Positions 23,906-34,220 of a stretch of DNA of 41,254 bases are shown here, in pieces. Source of the stretch: Macrostomum lignano. Its lineage: Eukaryota. Made by a program: the position numbers and the translations under genes. The first letter of the stretch is position 1, and every line of letters begins with the position of its first letter. The DNA is taken from contig NIVC01004588.1 in assembly GCA_002269645.1 (NCBI GenBank), positions 39,833 to 81,086 on the forward strand, given 5' to 3'. Under the pieces are notes generated by a model. The model saw nothing but the letters and a program-made list of their open reading frames with translations, was not told where the DNA came from and searched no databases.

Positions 23906-26900
23906 ATGGCCAACCTTTATCTGTACTCTCGAGTTCTAAGACAATGGCAGGCGACAAGACGCGCCAGTGCCTTTTGTTTCCGACGCTCCTTGTCTTCAAC
24001 TGCAGGCCTCGATAGCGACGATGTTGACGTAGCCATAGTCGGCGGCGGCCCTGTCGGTCTGGCCATCGCTTGCAGTCTCGCCTCTGGCGGTGATGGCAAC
24101 GTCGCCGCGTCGTCATCGTCTAGAAAACTTCGCGTCCGACTACTGGAAGCCGGCAAGCTGCCCTCGTCGCAGCCAGCAGCGGCGACAGCACCAGACGGTT
24201 CATTCAGCAATCGTGCCGTAGCCTTGAGTCCGAGCACTGTTGCTCAGCTGCGCCGCTTTGGCGCCTGGAACGATGCCGACCCGCGAATCGCTCCGGTTCG
24301 TCGGATGCGGGTAGTTGAAAGCGACTCCGATGCCGCATTGACATTCGACGCCGCCCAGATCGGCGGTAACGTCAGTAGCGAAGGCGCGCTGGCCTATGTG
24401 ACTGAGCTGGCTCCGGTTGTGTCTCGGCTGGTTGGACAGGCGGCTAAGGCTGGTTAGTTTTGGCTTCTGTATGCACACAGGCCAGATAAAGAATTCAGCT
24501 CATAGCTGCGGGCCTGATATGAAATAAAATGCGAGAGAATAGAAGATGAGAGAGGGGAGAGATGAAATGAGATAAGGGATAAGAGAGCAGATAAGAGACG
24601 AGAGGAGAGACGGGAGAGGAGAGGAGAGGAGAGAGAGCTGAGAAGTGAGGAGAGATGGAAAGAGAAAAGGAGAGAGGGGTAAGAGGAGAAGAGAGAGGGA
24701 AAGAGAAGGGGAGAGAGGGGTGAAAGGAGAAGAGAGGGTAAAGAGAAAGGGAGAGAGGGGTGAGAGGAGAAGAGAGGGTAAAGAGAAAGGGAGAGAGGGG
24801 GTGAGAGGAGAAGAGAGAGGGAAAGAGAGGGGGAGAGAGAAGAGAGGAGAGGAGAGAAGGGTGAGAAGTGAGGAGAGATAGAAAGAGAAAGGGAGAGAGG
24901 GGTGAGAGAAGAGAGAAGGAAAGAGAAGGGGGAGAGGAGAGAAGAGAGAGAATAGAGTAGAGAAAAGAGAAGAGAGCTGAGAAGAGACAAACCTTGAGCA
25001 GGCCGGATTGCTATTGTGAAGTTTCAAAGAACCCGAGGGCCGGAGTTCGTCAACCCCTGACTTAGACAGATACTTTGTAGACCTTGTGAGTTTCTGCACG
25101 CATGTCCTAAATTCATTAGACTCTGTCTGTGGACACATGCGTTCCAGAGAGTTTCTCTTCTGTCTGTGATCTTTTATAAATCTGAATAAACTTTCATAGT
25201 CTGTTAGCTACCCATTTAGTTCACTAAACTAAACATCATGACATCTGTCTTGATTTACACCCCTGCCCTTTGCGATTTAGTGGATCAAATAAGCCAAAGT
25301 TATTCAATCAAGGCTCTTTGCTTCCCCATTTCTTTACTTTGGGTCAAATCGGTCTAAATTTAATTGCTGTGCCAGCCTCCCAGATCCTTAGTTGCTGGGC
25401 CAGCCTCCCAGATCCTCAGTTGCTGTGCCAGCCTCCCAGATCCTCAGTTGTTGGGCCAGCCTCCCAGATCCTCAGTTGCTGTGCCAGCCTCCCAGATCCT
25501 CAGTTGTTGGGCCAGCCTCCCAGATCCTCAGTTGCTGTGCCAGCCTCCCAGATCCTCAGTTGCTGGGCCACCAGCCTCCCAGATCCTCAGTTGCTGGGCC
25601 ACCAGCCTCCCAGATCCTCAGAAGCTCATGTAACAATAACAAAATAATATCCTAACTACAATCCGGTGTAATAATATCGAACTATAAAAGTACATTTAAA
25701 CTCAATTTACCCAGGAGCCCAACTTTGCGAGGGCTGCCGCTTGGAATCCATAGACGGTGACAACAGTTTTGACAGGCAGCCGTTTCTGCACCTCCGTCTA
25801 ACCAATAAAAGCTCACTGCGAACCCGACTGCTCATCGGCTGCGATGGTTTCAATTCGCCTGTTCGCAAATTAGCCGGAATAGAAGCTGTGGATGTGCCTT
25901 ATCCTAGGCATAAGGCTATGGTTGCAACACTGGAGGTGCGTGTCTTTACTAGAATCGTGTAGTTATTACTGATCGACTCATGGCTCAAGAGTATCGTAAA
26001 TTTGGTAAAGGAGATGTGAACTTAGATTCAAAATGGAGCCCGAAACATTCGGTGCCGATTTCTCTACGCCAATCTCTTCATTTGGAGTCAAATAGCTCCC
26101 GTTATTCCGAAAACCCGACCACTTTAGCATTTGGGGATCTTTCAATGTCCCCGAAGGTGCTGCGCCAGGGTTGCCCGCAGCCTTCCTACGATACAAAATT
26201 ACAATATAATCGTTATATTTGTTATTCGACATTGCACCCAACTCGAACAGATCGATGGTCCCGACGGTCTCAACGGCGAAGCTTTTCAACGCTTCCTACC
26301 AGACGGCCCCATCGCCCTGCTGCCCCTGCCGGGCCGGTTCGCCTCTCTGGTCTGGTGCTCCAAATCTGACCGAATTTCTCATCTAATCAAGACTAGCGAT
26401 CGAGAGTTTCTAGCCGATTTAAATCGTTGCCTAGCGACCGGACCGGCACCAGCGGCGCCCTTAGTTACCGCTGTACAAGCTGATAGCAGGGCGAGTTTTC
26501 CATTGGGTTTCATGCACGCTAACAGGTACGCATCGGGTCGGATTGTTCTGGCTGGCGATGCGGCGCACCGACTGTCGCCTCTGGCTGGCCAGGGCATGAA
26601 TCTGGGCATGGAGGATGCGGCTTGCTTGAGTCGATTGCTTCTAGAAGCAGCTAGCAATGGTGCAGACCCGGCCGATCCGGCCTATCTGTTGGACTATGAG
26701 ACTCAAAGACAGCGTCAGGTGAGCTTATATTACCGATCTATTCCTAGGGATCTACGAGTGCGAGTGTCTGTAAAATTTCACGTGTAAAACATTTGCATTG
26801 AAGTAGGAAAAATAATTATTACCGTCAACGATAATTTACAATAATGGTGGTAGCCTAGTGGTTAGAGCGTCGGACTCACGACTGAAAGGTCGGGGGTTCG

Positions 26901-27588
26901 ATTCCCCACCCACTCGGAACAATTTGAGTCCTTGTGCAAGACACTTAACTCTGCATTGCTTCAGTTCACCCAGCTGTAAAATGGGTGCCAGCATACCTGG
27001 GGTAATTGAGGCTGTGTGTGGCGAGGCGACCCCCAGTCCTTGGACTGAACAGCCGTACGCAGCCTTCAGATGCGCCGCGCAATAGCTGCGGCTGAGCTGT
27101 TGGTTGCACATCTAGGGCAGATGTGATCAACTATCAACATTATCAATTATTAATTAATAATGTTAAAGAAAAGATGAGATTAGAGAGAAGAGAGCTGAGC
27201 AGAGACAAATCATGAGCGGGCCGGATTGCTATTGTGAAGTTTAAAAGGATCCCATGGCCAGATAGAGAGGCTTTGCGGGTCGCATGTTTACCGACCCCCC
27301 TGATCTATCTATCAGATAATACCAGCTTTAAAAGCAAACAGTTTGAATGTTTTTAAGATTTGTACAAACATAATTATTCTCGACCTCGATCACACCCGTC
27401 TCCAGGTAGTTCCAGTTGCCATCGTCAACGAAACCCTCGGCTGGTTGTACTCGCTGCCGCCAGATTCTTGGCTCACCGCCCCGTTAAGGTGGGCTCGAAC
27501 CACCGGCTTCCGACTCACCAATACGTTTAGCCCGGCGAAAGAATTCCTCAGACGCAGTGCTACTACTGGTCGGATTGATCTGCTCTAG
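23906..27588 (+). CDS. COQ6: Ubiquinone biosynthesis FAD monooxygenase COQ6; 4 exons (23906-24452, 25715-25935, 26251-26718, 27406-27588), 472 aa
   Basis: GT-AG introns with matching phases; 1419-nt CDS. Arg/Ser-rich mitochondrial-type presequence. UbiH/COQ6 motifs: DVAIVGGGPVG, LIGCDGFNSPVR, FQRFLPDGPIALLP, FPLG, AGDAAHRLSPLAGQGMNLG and LLDYETQRQR. Confidence 0.93.
24475..25059 (+). mobile_element. GA-rich dispersed repeat ending in a hAT(Charlie)-like terminus, COQ6 intron 1
   Basis: GGCCAGATA...GCGGGCC, then ~460 bp of GA-rich sequence, then GAGCAGGCCGGATTGCTATTGTGAAGTTT and a final TCAACCCCTG. The motif is shared with 27185-27302. No left TIR found. Confidence 0.5.
25366..25622. repeat. 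28-bp minisatellite GCCAGCCTCCCAGATCCTCAGTTG(C/T)TG(T/G), ~9 copies (COQ6 intron 1)
   Basis: Period read directly; the last units carry a CAC insertion. Confidence 0.95.
26846..27150 (+). mobile_element. tRNA-derived SINE, copy B (full head, CORE-like domain), COQ6 intron 3
   Basis: A-box TAGCCTAGTGG, B-box GGTTCGATTCC and T-arm GGGG-TTCGATT-CCCC. The central CCTTGTGCAAGACACTTAACTC...CTGTAAAATGGG resembles the CORE (MIR-type) domain. TATCAA-like tail. The anticodon stem does not pair. Confidence 0.88.
27165..27302 (+). mobile_element. Second remnant of the GA-rich/hAT-like repeat
   Basis: GAGAAGAGAGCTGAG(A/C)AGAGACAAA...GGCCGGATTGCTATTGTGAAGTTT is shared with 24967-25024; ends in GACCCC..CTG. 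Confidence 0.55.
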
Positions 27589-28136
27589 TAGTATCTACTG
27601 CTGGAGTAATCCAGATTGATCTTATTAATATACTTAAAGCCCTGCTATCTAAGTTAGTTATTCGTTGGAACTATGCATGCACTATATGCTATTATTAAAC
27701 TACGAGTAATAAACCGTGCATTTTGTTCGTAATTAAATTTCAATCAGTAACATTGCTTGCTTTTCGTCCTTTATATAGTTTCTGTAATAATAGTTTAAAA
27801 ATGCAATGTGTTGTTACTCGCAGGGCCTCACAACTCCTGCAATTAAGGATTCCTGTAAAGTTTAACTTACGAGGGGTGTTACAAGGATGTACGATATTTG
27901 TCTATGGCATAAGTAGTTATTTAGGTTTAGACACCAATAGTACAGGTGTATATTATAGTGGTTAAGTTAGCGTTATAGTTTTATTCGAGTGCGCGGATGA
28001 AGCTTTTGTAAAAAATCTACTGGTATCATATATTGTAGTCGAAAATTTAGCTAATAAAATATCATAAGTAACTGAATATCGGAATTAAGCCGGTTGTAGT
28101 GCAGAGGCACTCAACTTAGACTAACCATCGATGCTT

Positions 28137-28430
28137 AAGTGGTGTAGCGGTGGTCTAGACCGGTGCTCTGATGTGCCAGCGACCCAGGCTCGATTCCAAT
28201 TCAAATCTCGGCTTGGCTCTGCTCGTGAAGTGTACATGCTTAACGATAATAAAGTTAGGGCCGCTGTACACTCCTGTGAGTGTGTGGCTGTGCGTATAAC
28301 TGCGTACGTATCCGCGCGCTTGTGTGCCTGCTCAGGGGAGTTGGGGGAATGGGCAGTAATTCCGGGTGCACAGTCTCCTGACTCTAACAAATTAAAATCC
28401 ACGATCCTTGTTGGCTTAAAGTAAGACGAC
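28137..28430 (+). mobile_element. Possible unrelated tRNA-derived SINE
   Basis: A-box-like TGGTGTAGCGGTGG and B-box-like GGCTCGATTCC at tRNA-like spacing, followed by a GC-richer body. Only one copy in the window. Confidence 0.4.
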
Positions 28431-30609
28431 AATTTTTTGACGTTTTGGTGACTTTTCCGGCTTGAAAATACTTTAAAGGAAGGGCCTAGCGTGGAGTGCT
28501 TTTCTTAAGCCGGTTATTTTTTGTTTTAAGTAATCGAAAACCTTAACTTTTCAATTTGGTTGGAAAAATTTTCTAACAAAGTTAATTGACCATTAACCCG
28601 CATAATATGATCTGGCGAAAAATACTTCTTACTGATTCGTATATATGTTGGCGCATCATTGGCAGCTTATTTATAGTGTTCTGGCATAGAAGCATGTTTG
28701 AAACATTGCCGCAGTCCTGCTTTAGAATGTAACTAGCTATGTTGGGGCATATCAACCTAGCAACAACTCTCAGCCTCTTCTTCCTCAAGTTGGGTAAATT
28801 ACTTAATTATATCTCATGACGCCACAATTCAATTCATTTGTTCATATCCATTGTTCCAAATCGTATTTTAATGAAGCCTGGTTTTATCCTGGAATTATTG
28901 TAAATGGCCACTGGGACTTTTTCAAGATATTACACTGGATGTTATTTGAAACATGTCACAACTGAATGTGGGGCAGATATTTTATCAGCTGCTTTAACGG
29001 CTACTGTATATTAACAGCTGCATGCGGGGCTATCTCTTTTTATTAAAGATAAATCACTAAACACGACAGCGAACGTTTATCAAAGTAGATACGAGAACAC
29101 GTAAATAAGTTAACTTTAACAAAGTTTGATTTTGAATATCTTTTCTGCACTTCGAACTCTCTCACACGTGAAGTCTGACATTAAGCATGTGGTGCCTGAA
29201 AAGACACCTGTAGGTCCATGTTTGCACTAAAACTAAACACTTATAGCTAGCAGTTATAATCTTGAAATAAAAAATTGGAGACCCAACCAAACCAGGTGAC
29301 GAACATGGTTTGAAAGTGCTCTACTTGGACGGAGACCCGATTGCACTGTAGATAGCAGCAGTTGTATTTAACAGTCGCAAACTGCTATAACCTTAAACAG
29401 TTGTTAAAATACAGCTATGAGAAACCAGAATTCAGCCGGACCAGTTGGTTAATGCATGCAAGAAGCAAATTGGTTTGGATTTATTACCACTTTATAATTG
29501 TACGTCCGTCTGCACTTGATTTAGTATTTAAATTTGATTTAAATACTGGTCATAAAACAGTGAAAGTGCACAAATACTTGACTGGGGTGAAGCCGAAACG
29601 TCAACTCAGAATGCAGTGCAGTATTATCAATGAGTTGCCGGCACTGGAACTCCGTTGAAGTGTTTTGTGTCTCACAGCCTTACTATAGTAGACGTCTTAC
29701 TGAAAGATTTTATCTTGGCCGTTACAGAAATCCGACATTGGCACCGGTATCCAAGAGCAGGTCGACTCAAGTAAAATTACAATAAAGTCGATGTGTGAAC
29801 TAGTCGAAGAGAAAAATTTAGGATTAGCAAACCAGTTGAATTGGTTAAGATCTAATTAACAGCTACCAGATAAGTTGCGGGGGTTCAGGGATGCTCTTTT
29901 ATCTGCTGCCACTTGATCCAGTGTTTATAATTTATGTTGACCAACAGAGCAAATACTAATGCAGCAACTAGGGCTGCCAAAGTTGCCTGTTCCAGGCCTT
30001 GCTAGTTAGTTAGAAGCAGTCCGTCAGTGCTAAATAAACAAAAGTTCATTCGGCATTATTATACTAGTCATGTAATTCTATTGATTAGTTTATTTATTAA
30101 ACGGATTGACAATAAATTATGGCATTATTACAAAAAGGAGCATAAATATTTTTGACAGTTTGTAACTCAAATTTTCAAACAATTATTGATGACATCAGCG
30201 ATCGAAAAGGAAGGTGTGCGTAGCATGTTATCAAAAAATAGTGCGCATCAGTTACAATTTTACTTTCAGTGATACCAATAAATAAGTTTTCCTCTTGATG
30301 AAATTCTCGTCCGTAACATTGTAGCTCGTAACTCGACAGATTTAACATTACCGTTCAAATCAAAGCACTGATATTGATCGAATTGAAAAAAAACGGAACT
30401 TGAAACATTTTCATCTGATACTTAAAATAAATTACACTGATATCTGATATTATAAGCTGGACTCTTGTTCTGTGTAATGATAAACCTTGAACTATTTTTA
30501 CAAAAAAAATAAATATTTATCAGTAATGCTTAGTAATAGTTATGCATTGGCAGGTATAATATCTAGATCCATCGAATAAGTTTTATGCCTAAAACATCAA
30601 AATACTGAG

Positions 30610-30887
30610 GGGTCCATGAGAGAATGCCCACCGAGGTTTTCCCGCTTTGCTTTTTTGCTGCAGTGCATTTTAGCCACGCGGCAGATTTTATATGCATTGC
30701 CCCCCCCAATGTTTATTTAGTCTTAATAAAGAAATTTACCAAGGACCACTATCAGTGGTATGCTGCTAGTGGTCAGCGGGGCAATGTCAGTGGTCAGTGG
30801 GCAAATCTTGCCAGGCAAATCTCGGCGGGCAAATCTCGGCGGGCAAATCTTGACGGGCAAATCTCGGCGAGCAATTCTCGTGCTCCC
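30610..30887. mobile_element. Mutator-like MITE carrying a 14-bp repeat (GGGCAAATCTCGGC, ~6 copies)
   Basis: Imperfect ~26-bp TIRs: GGGTCCATGAGAGAATGCCCACCGAG versus the reverse complement of the right end, GGGAGCACGAGAATTGCTCGCCGAG. 9-bp flanks AATACTGAG (30601-30609) and AATACGGAG (30888-30896) match at 8/9. Confidence 0.55.
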
Positions 30888-31019
30888 AATACGGAGTCCG
30901 AAATCGTTAAAATCATATACTGTCTCTCTCTGATAGTACGATGCAACTACTTTACTCAACTACTTACGGAGCTTCCAAAGTGTCTAATACTTCGCACAAT
31001 AGTCTGGAGCGCTGAAAGT

Positions 31020-32422
31020 CTATTTATTAAGAGCGGACAGCTTTTTATAGCAAACCGAATTTAAAATGAAGTCCTGAAGTTCCTCCAGCAGTTTCATGAA
31101 ACCAGCGCGGAAGATTGGACTGCCCATTGCAGACAAGATAGGCACGCTGTCGAATATTAACGTTAGAATTAAGTAGCTACCGATGAAACTTGAAAATCTA
31201 CCACTGCCTTTCGTTGGGCCATTCAGAATAGATACGAGGATGTAAAGCATAGTCAAGCAGATTAGCATTGGAATCAGCAGCTGATAACAAACAATAAGTT
31301 GCTTCAGTTCATTCAAAAGCGAACAGTTCTGATTGCTAGAGGGCAGCGATTCGATTACCACTTCATCGCTGGCCGCAGAAGTCTCGATTCCAGCTTCATC
31401 ATTTTCAGGCTCGTCGAAATGTCGCCTGTAGGCTACGGACTCGCCCACCGTCTGCTCAGCAGGCGCGCCTCGCAGCAGGCGCAGCACTGCTTGCAGCCGA
31501 ACACAATGAGCAGAATAAACGCCAGTAAAAACTGGACGAAATAAACATAAAAGCTGATGGTATAGTATCGTCGGATACCGCTATTGAAATAATCAAATCG
31601 CATATAAGGATCGGACAACACATAGGCAGTGTCGTTGTTAACACAGTAAAGGAAGCCATGTAGCATCAAGTCCAAGCATGTTATGCCCAGGGCAATCAAT
31701 GCCGCTGAGCCGTACACAATGCAAGTCCGACGAACATGGGTGAAGAGCAGAACTCTCTGAGCAGGATGCGAATACTCAACTTGGACTATAGCGGTCAGGA
31801 AGTAGAAGCTTACGAAAGCAACCAGGCTGGCTTTGTGCATCCAGTTGCAGAAATTGATGAATAGGATGAAGAGCGCTGCGTGCGGAACCGATGTTACTCT
31901 CACGGAGCTTTGAACAGGCCACCACTGCGAAACTGCTTCCGCGATCGAAAAGACAAAGCCCAGTACACAGAAGAGTCTCAGCAGCAGCAGTTTAATGCGG
32001 ATCTCTGGGTTGAGGCTTTTCGGCGACACCAGACAGCCAGTGCGGTAAAATTGGCCAGAGCAGACAGGCAGTTGATGATAATCTGCTTGATAGATGTTGA
32101 TCCATTCGCTATTATAAATTAGCTCGTAGCCTTGAGTGGCTTCGCAGTTGTCGCTTCGCCTCGTGACGCACATCAGCGGCTTCAAGGTGTCATTTTCACT
32201 GCCGATGAGCCAAGACCACTTGGACAGTCGCGCCTGACTTACCGAGCATCTCCAGTGCGACCGGGGCTGAAAATAGATTTTGTGATGCTCTTTGCTCCAT
32301 AGAGATAAGTTTCTGGCGTACTGCTCGGCAGAATACTCTTCTGACAGGTAGCCCTCGTCCAGCATGTCAGTCACTTTGTCAATGTTGCGCACATAGTTAC
32401 TTGTCAATGGACGCCTGAACAT
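31020..32422 (-). CDS. Orphan 7TM receptor-like membrane protein, ~466 aa after repairing one frameshift at ~31465 (gene or young pseudogene)
   Basis: ORFs 31433-32437 and 31020-31487 overlap and join if a GC dinucleotide is removed from GAGGCGCGCC. Cys-bearing N-terminus, seven hydrophobic segments and an acidic loop after TM5. Collinear homology with 34221-35580. Confidence 0.7.
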
Positions 32423-34099
32423 TGCTTGGCCACACAACTGGATTTTTTTCAGCGCTTCCTCAAACAGAATTCGCGCTACTATTTTTCTTTAACTTTTTTT
32501 CAATGCGCTTTGTCGTTGGGACACATAAGCGAGTTAATTTCAGGCGAATATTTTTATGTCTTTGCAGCTTGGCCAGAGGATTAATGGTCAGTTGCAAGGG
32601 GACGAAAGTTTACTGTCTATGCTGACCATTGTCCCTGTTCACTTTCAGCCAATTATAATACCTTATCAATTGCTGGTTCTGTTCGGGCATAGATTGACAT
32701 TTTGATTACTATGAACCATAAGAAACGCTTGTATACTATTTACAGTAGTATCTATAGACACAGTTGGTTATTATTAAACTAAATCTGTCGTTTGGTATTT
32801 AATTCAATGACATTTACCTTGCATTAGGGAACAAGTAGAATTTACTTTAAGTTTTTTTATTATACAGTGCGAGACTTTTGTCTATAGTGTGTGTTGGATT
32901 ATGCTTGATTCACGATATCGACATTGCTTTTTTGCTCTCGTACTAACAATACTTATTTCTATCATATTAGTAAGGCCCTACAACCCTGAGTAACTGAGTT
33001 GAGCATGGAAGTTTGGCCGAAGGTCGTCAATGCGCTAGCCAATGAAAATCGGCTAGTCAGCTGCTAGAACTTCATCGAGTGTCGTTTGTCCTTTAACTAC
33101 AACGAGTCTGGTACCCATGAACTCAAGATTCCTTGGCCATGGGCAGTGCTAGTATCTGATTGGTGGGTGAGAGGCAACTTAATGGGAGTACTCCTCATCT
33201 GACCCATTTTCCCCGTTTTATTGGGTATTGCACTTTGCTCGCTTTTCATGTAGTCAGCTTTTTGACGCAGAAATTCGATAATATAATAATACATCCACAG
33301 ACCATACTCGTAGTCTTGCCTTACAAGAACCCACTGCAAAAAGTCCTCTGTGTCCCTGCATGGTCAGTGCGATCCCATCCTAGCAGCGAACCTTAAATCA
33401 TCTATGACTTCGAGATCGACAGCTAAAAGACTGATTGGCAGGTGAGTTCAGATCGAGCCCTTGTAGTTAGAAACCCGATTTTGAGGGAGCTGGTTTGGTA
33501 AGCCAGATCGACCGGTTTTGTGGCGGCGGATTAGCGGGGGCGCTAACAAGAGACAGCTATTTATTATATTAGATATTACTGGACAGACGCGCCTTCGATC
33601 AGCTTCAGTATCGTTCAGTTGGACGTTTGCTTTCTCAGTGTTTTGGCCAATGGGAAATTTATTTGCCAGAAAAAGACTACCTGTATTGAACGAGCGCAAC
33701 ATTCCTACATGTATCTCCAACGACGCATCCAGTCGTACCCGACGCCGTCGAAGAACGTCACTGACACTAAGTATTTTTATATTACGCCGACGTATAAACG
33801 ACGTCAAATTTTGGCTGGACCGTGTAAAATTACGAGCTACCTGTAATAATTAAAATTACCCATTTAAAAAGTCACCTCCTTTGACATCAGGTAACGTTGG
33901 ATAATTCGACAAGCGGATGACGCCAACGATTGGGCAATCCGACATCGGTTCGCTGACAATAATTTGATTGGTTGGTTTAATCGAAGCCCTGGTTTTATTC
34001 TCTATCTACTTTCTGTTCTGTGAAGCCAAAATTTTGTATAATTTAGCTGTAAAATTTTCCTAATTATAGCGCCGCTTTTAAAACTTTGGCCAGGCCAAA

Positions 34100-34146
34100 C
34101 AAATGACGTCGTTCTAACCGCATTCAGACCAACCAAGTATATAAGC
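34100..34146 (+). promoter_or_regulatory. Possible core promoter of the + strand 7TM copy (CRE-like TGACGTC, TATATAA)
   Basis: TGACGTC at ~34105 and TATATAAG at ~34139, ~80 bp upstream of ATG 34221; ATTGG boxes further upstream. Motif match only. Confidence 0.3.
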
Positions 34147-34220
34147 CTTTTAAAATAGCTGTCTCTTCATTTCGTACCGAAGCATATTAATTCGATTCAG
34201 TAATTCAACGGCACTCAAAA

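Noticed and set aside
25990-26205. Possible MITE in COQ6 intron 2 (GTATCGTA...TACGATAC)
   Set aside because: Only an 8-bp inverted match and no TSD; not distinguishable from chance.
26846-26918. Functional tRNA gene (CAC at the anticodon position)
   Set aside because: The anticodon and acceptor stems do not pair, there is no T-run terminator, and the sequence continues into a SINE body shared with 20995-21245.
30624-31064. 146-aa + strand ORF
   Set aside because: It runs through the MITE repeat and into the antisense end of the 7TM gene; no coding signature.
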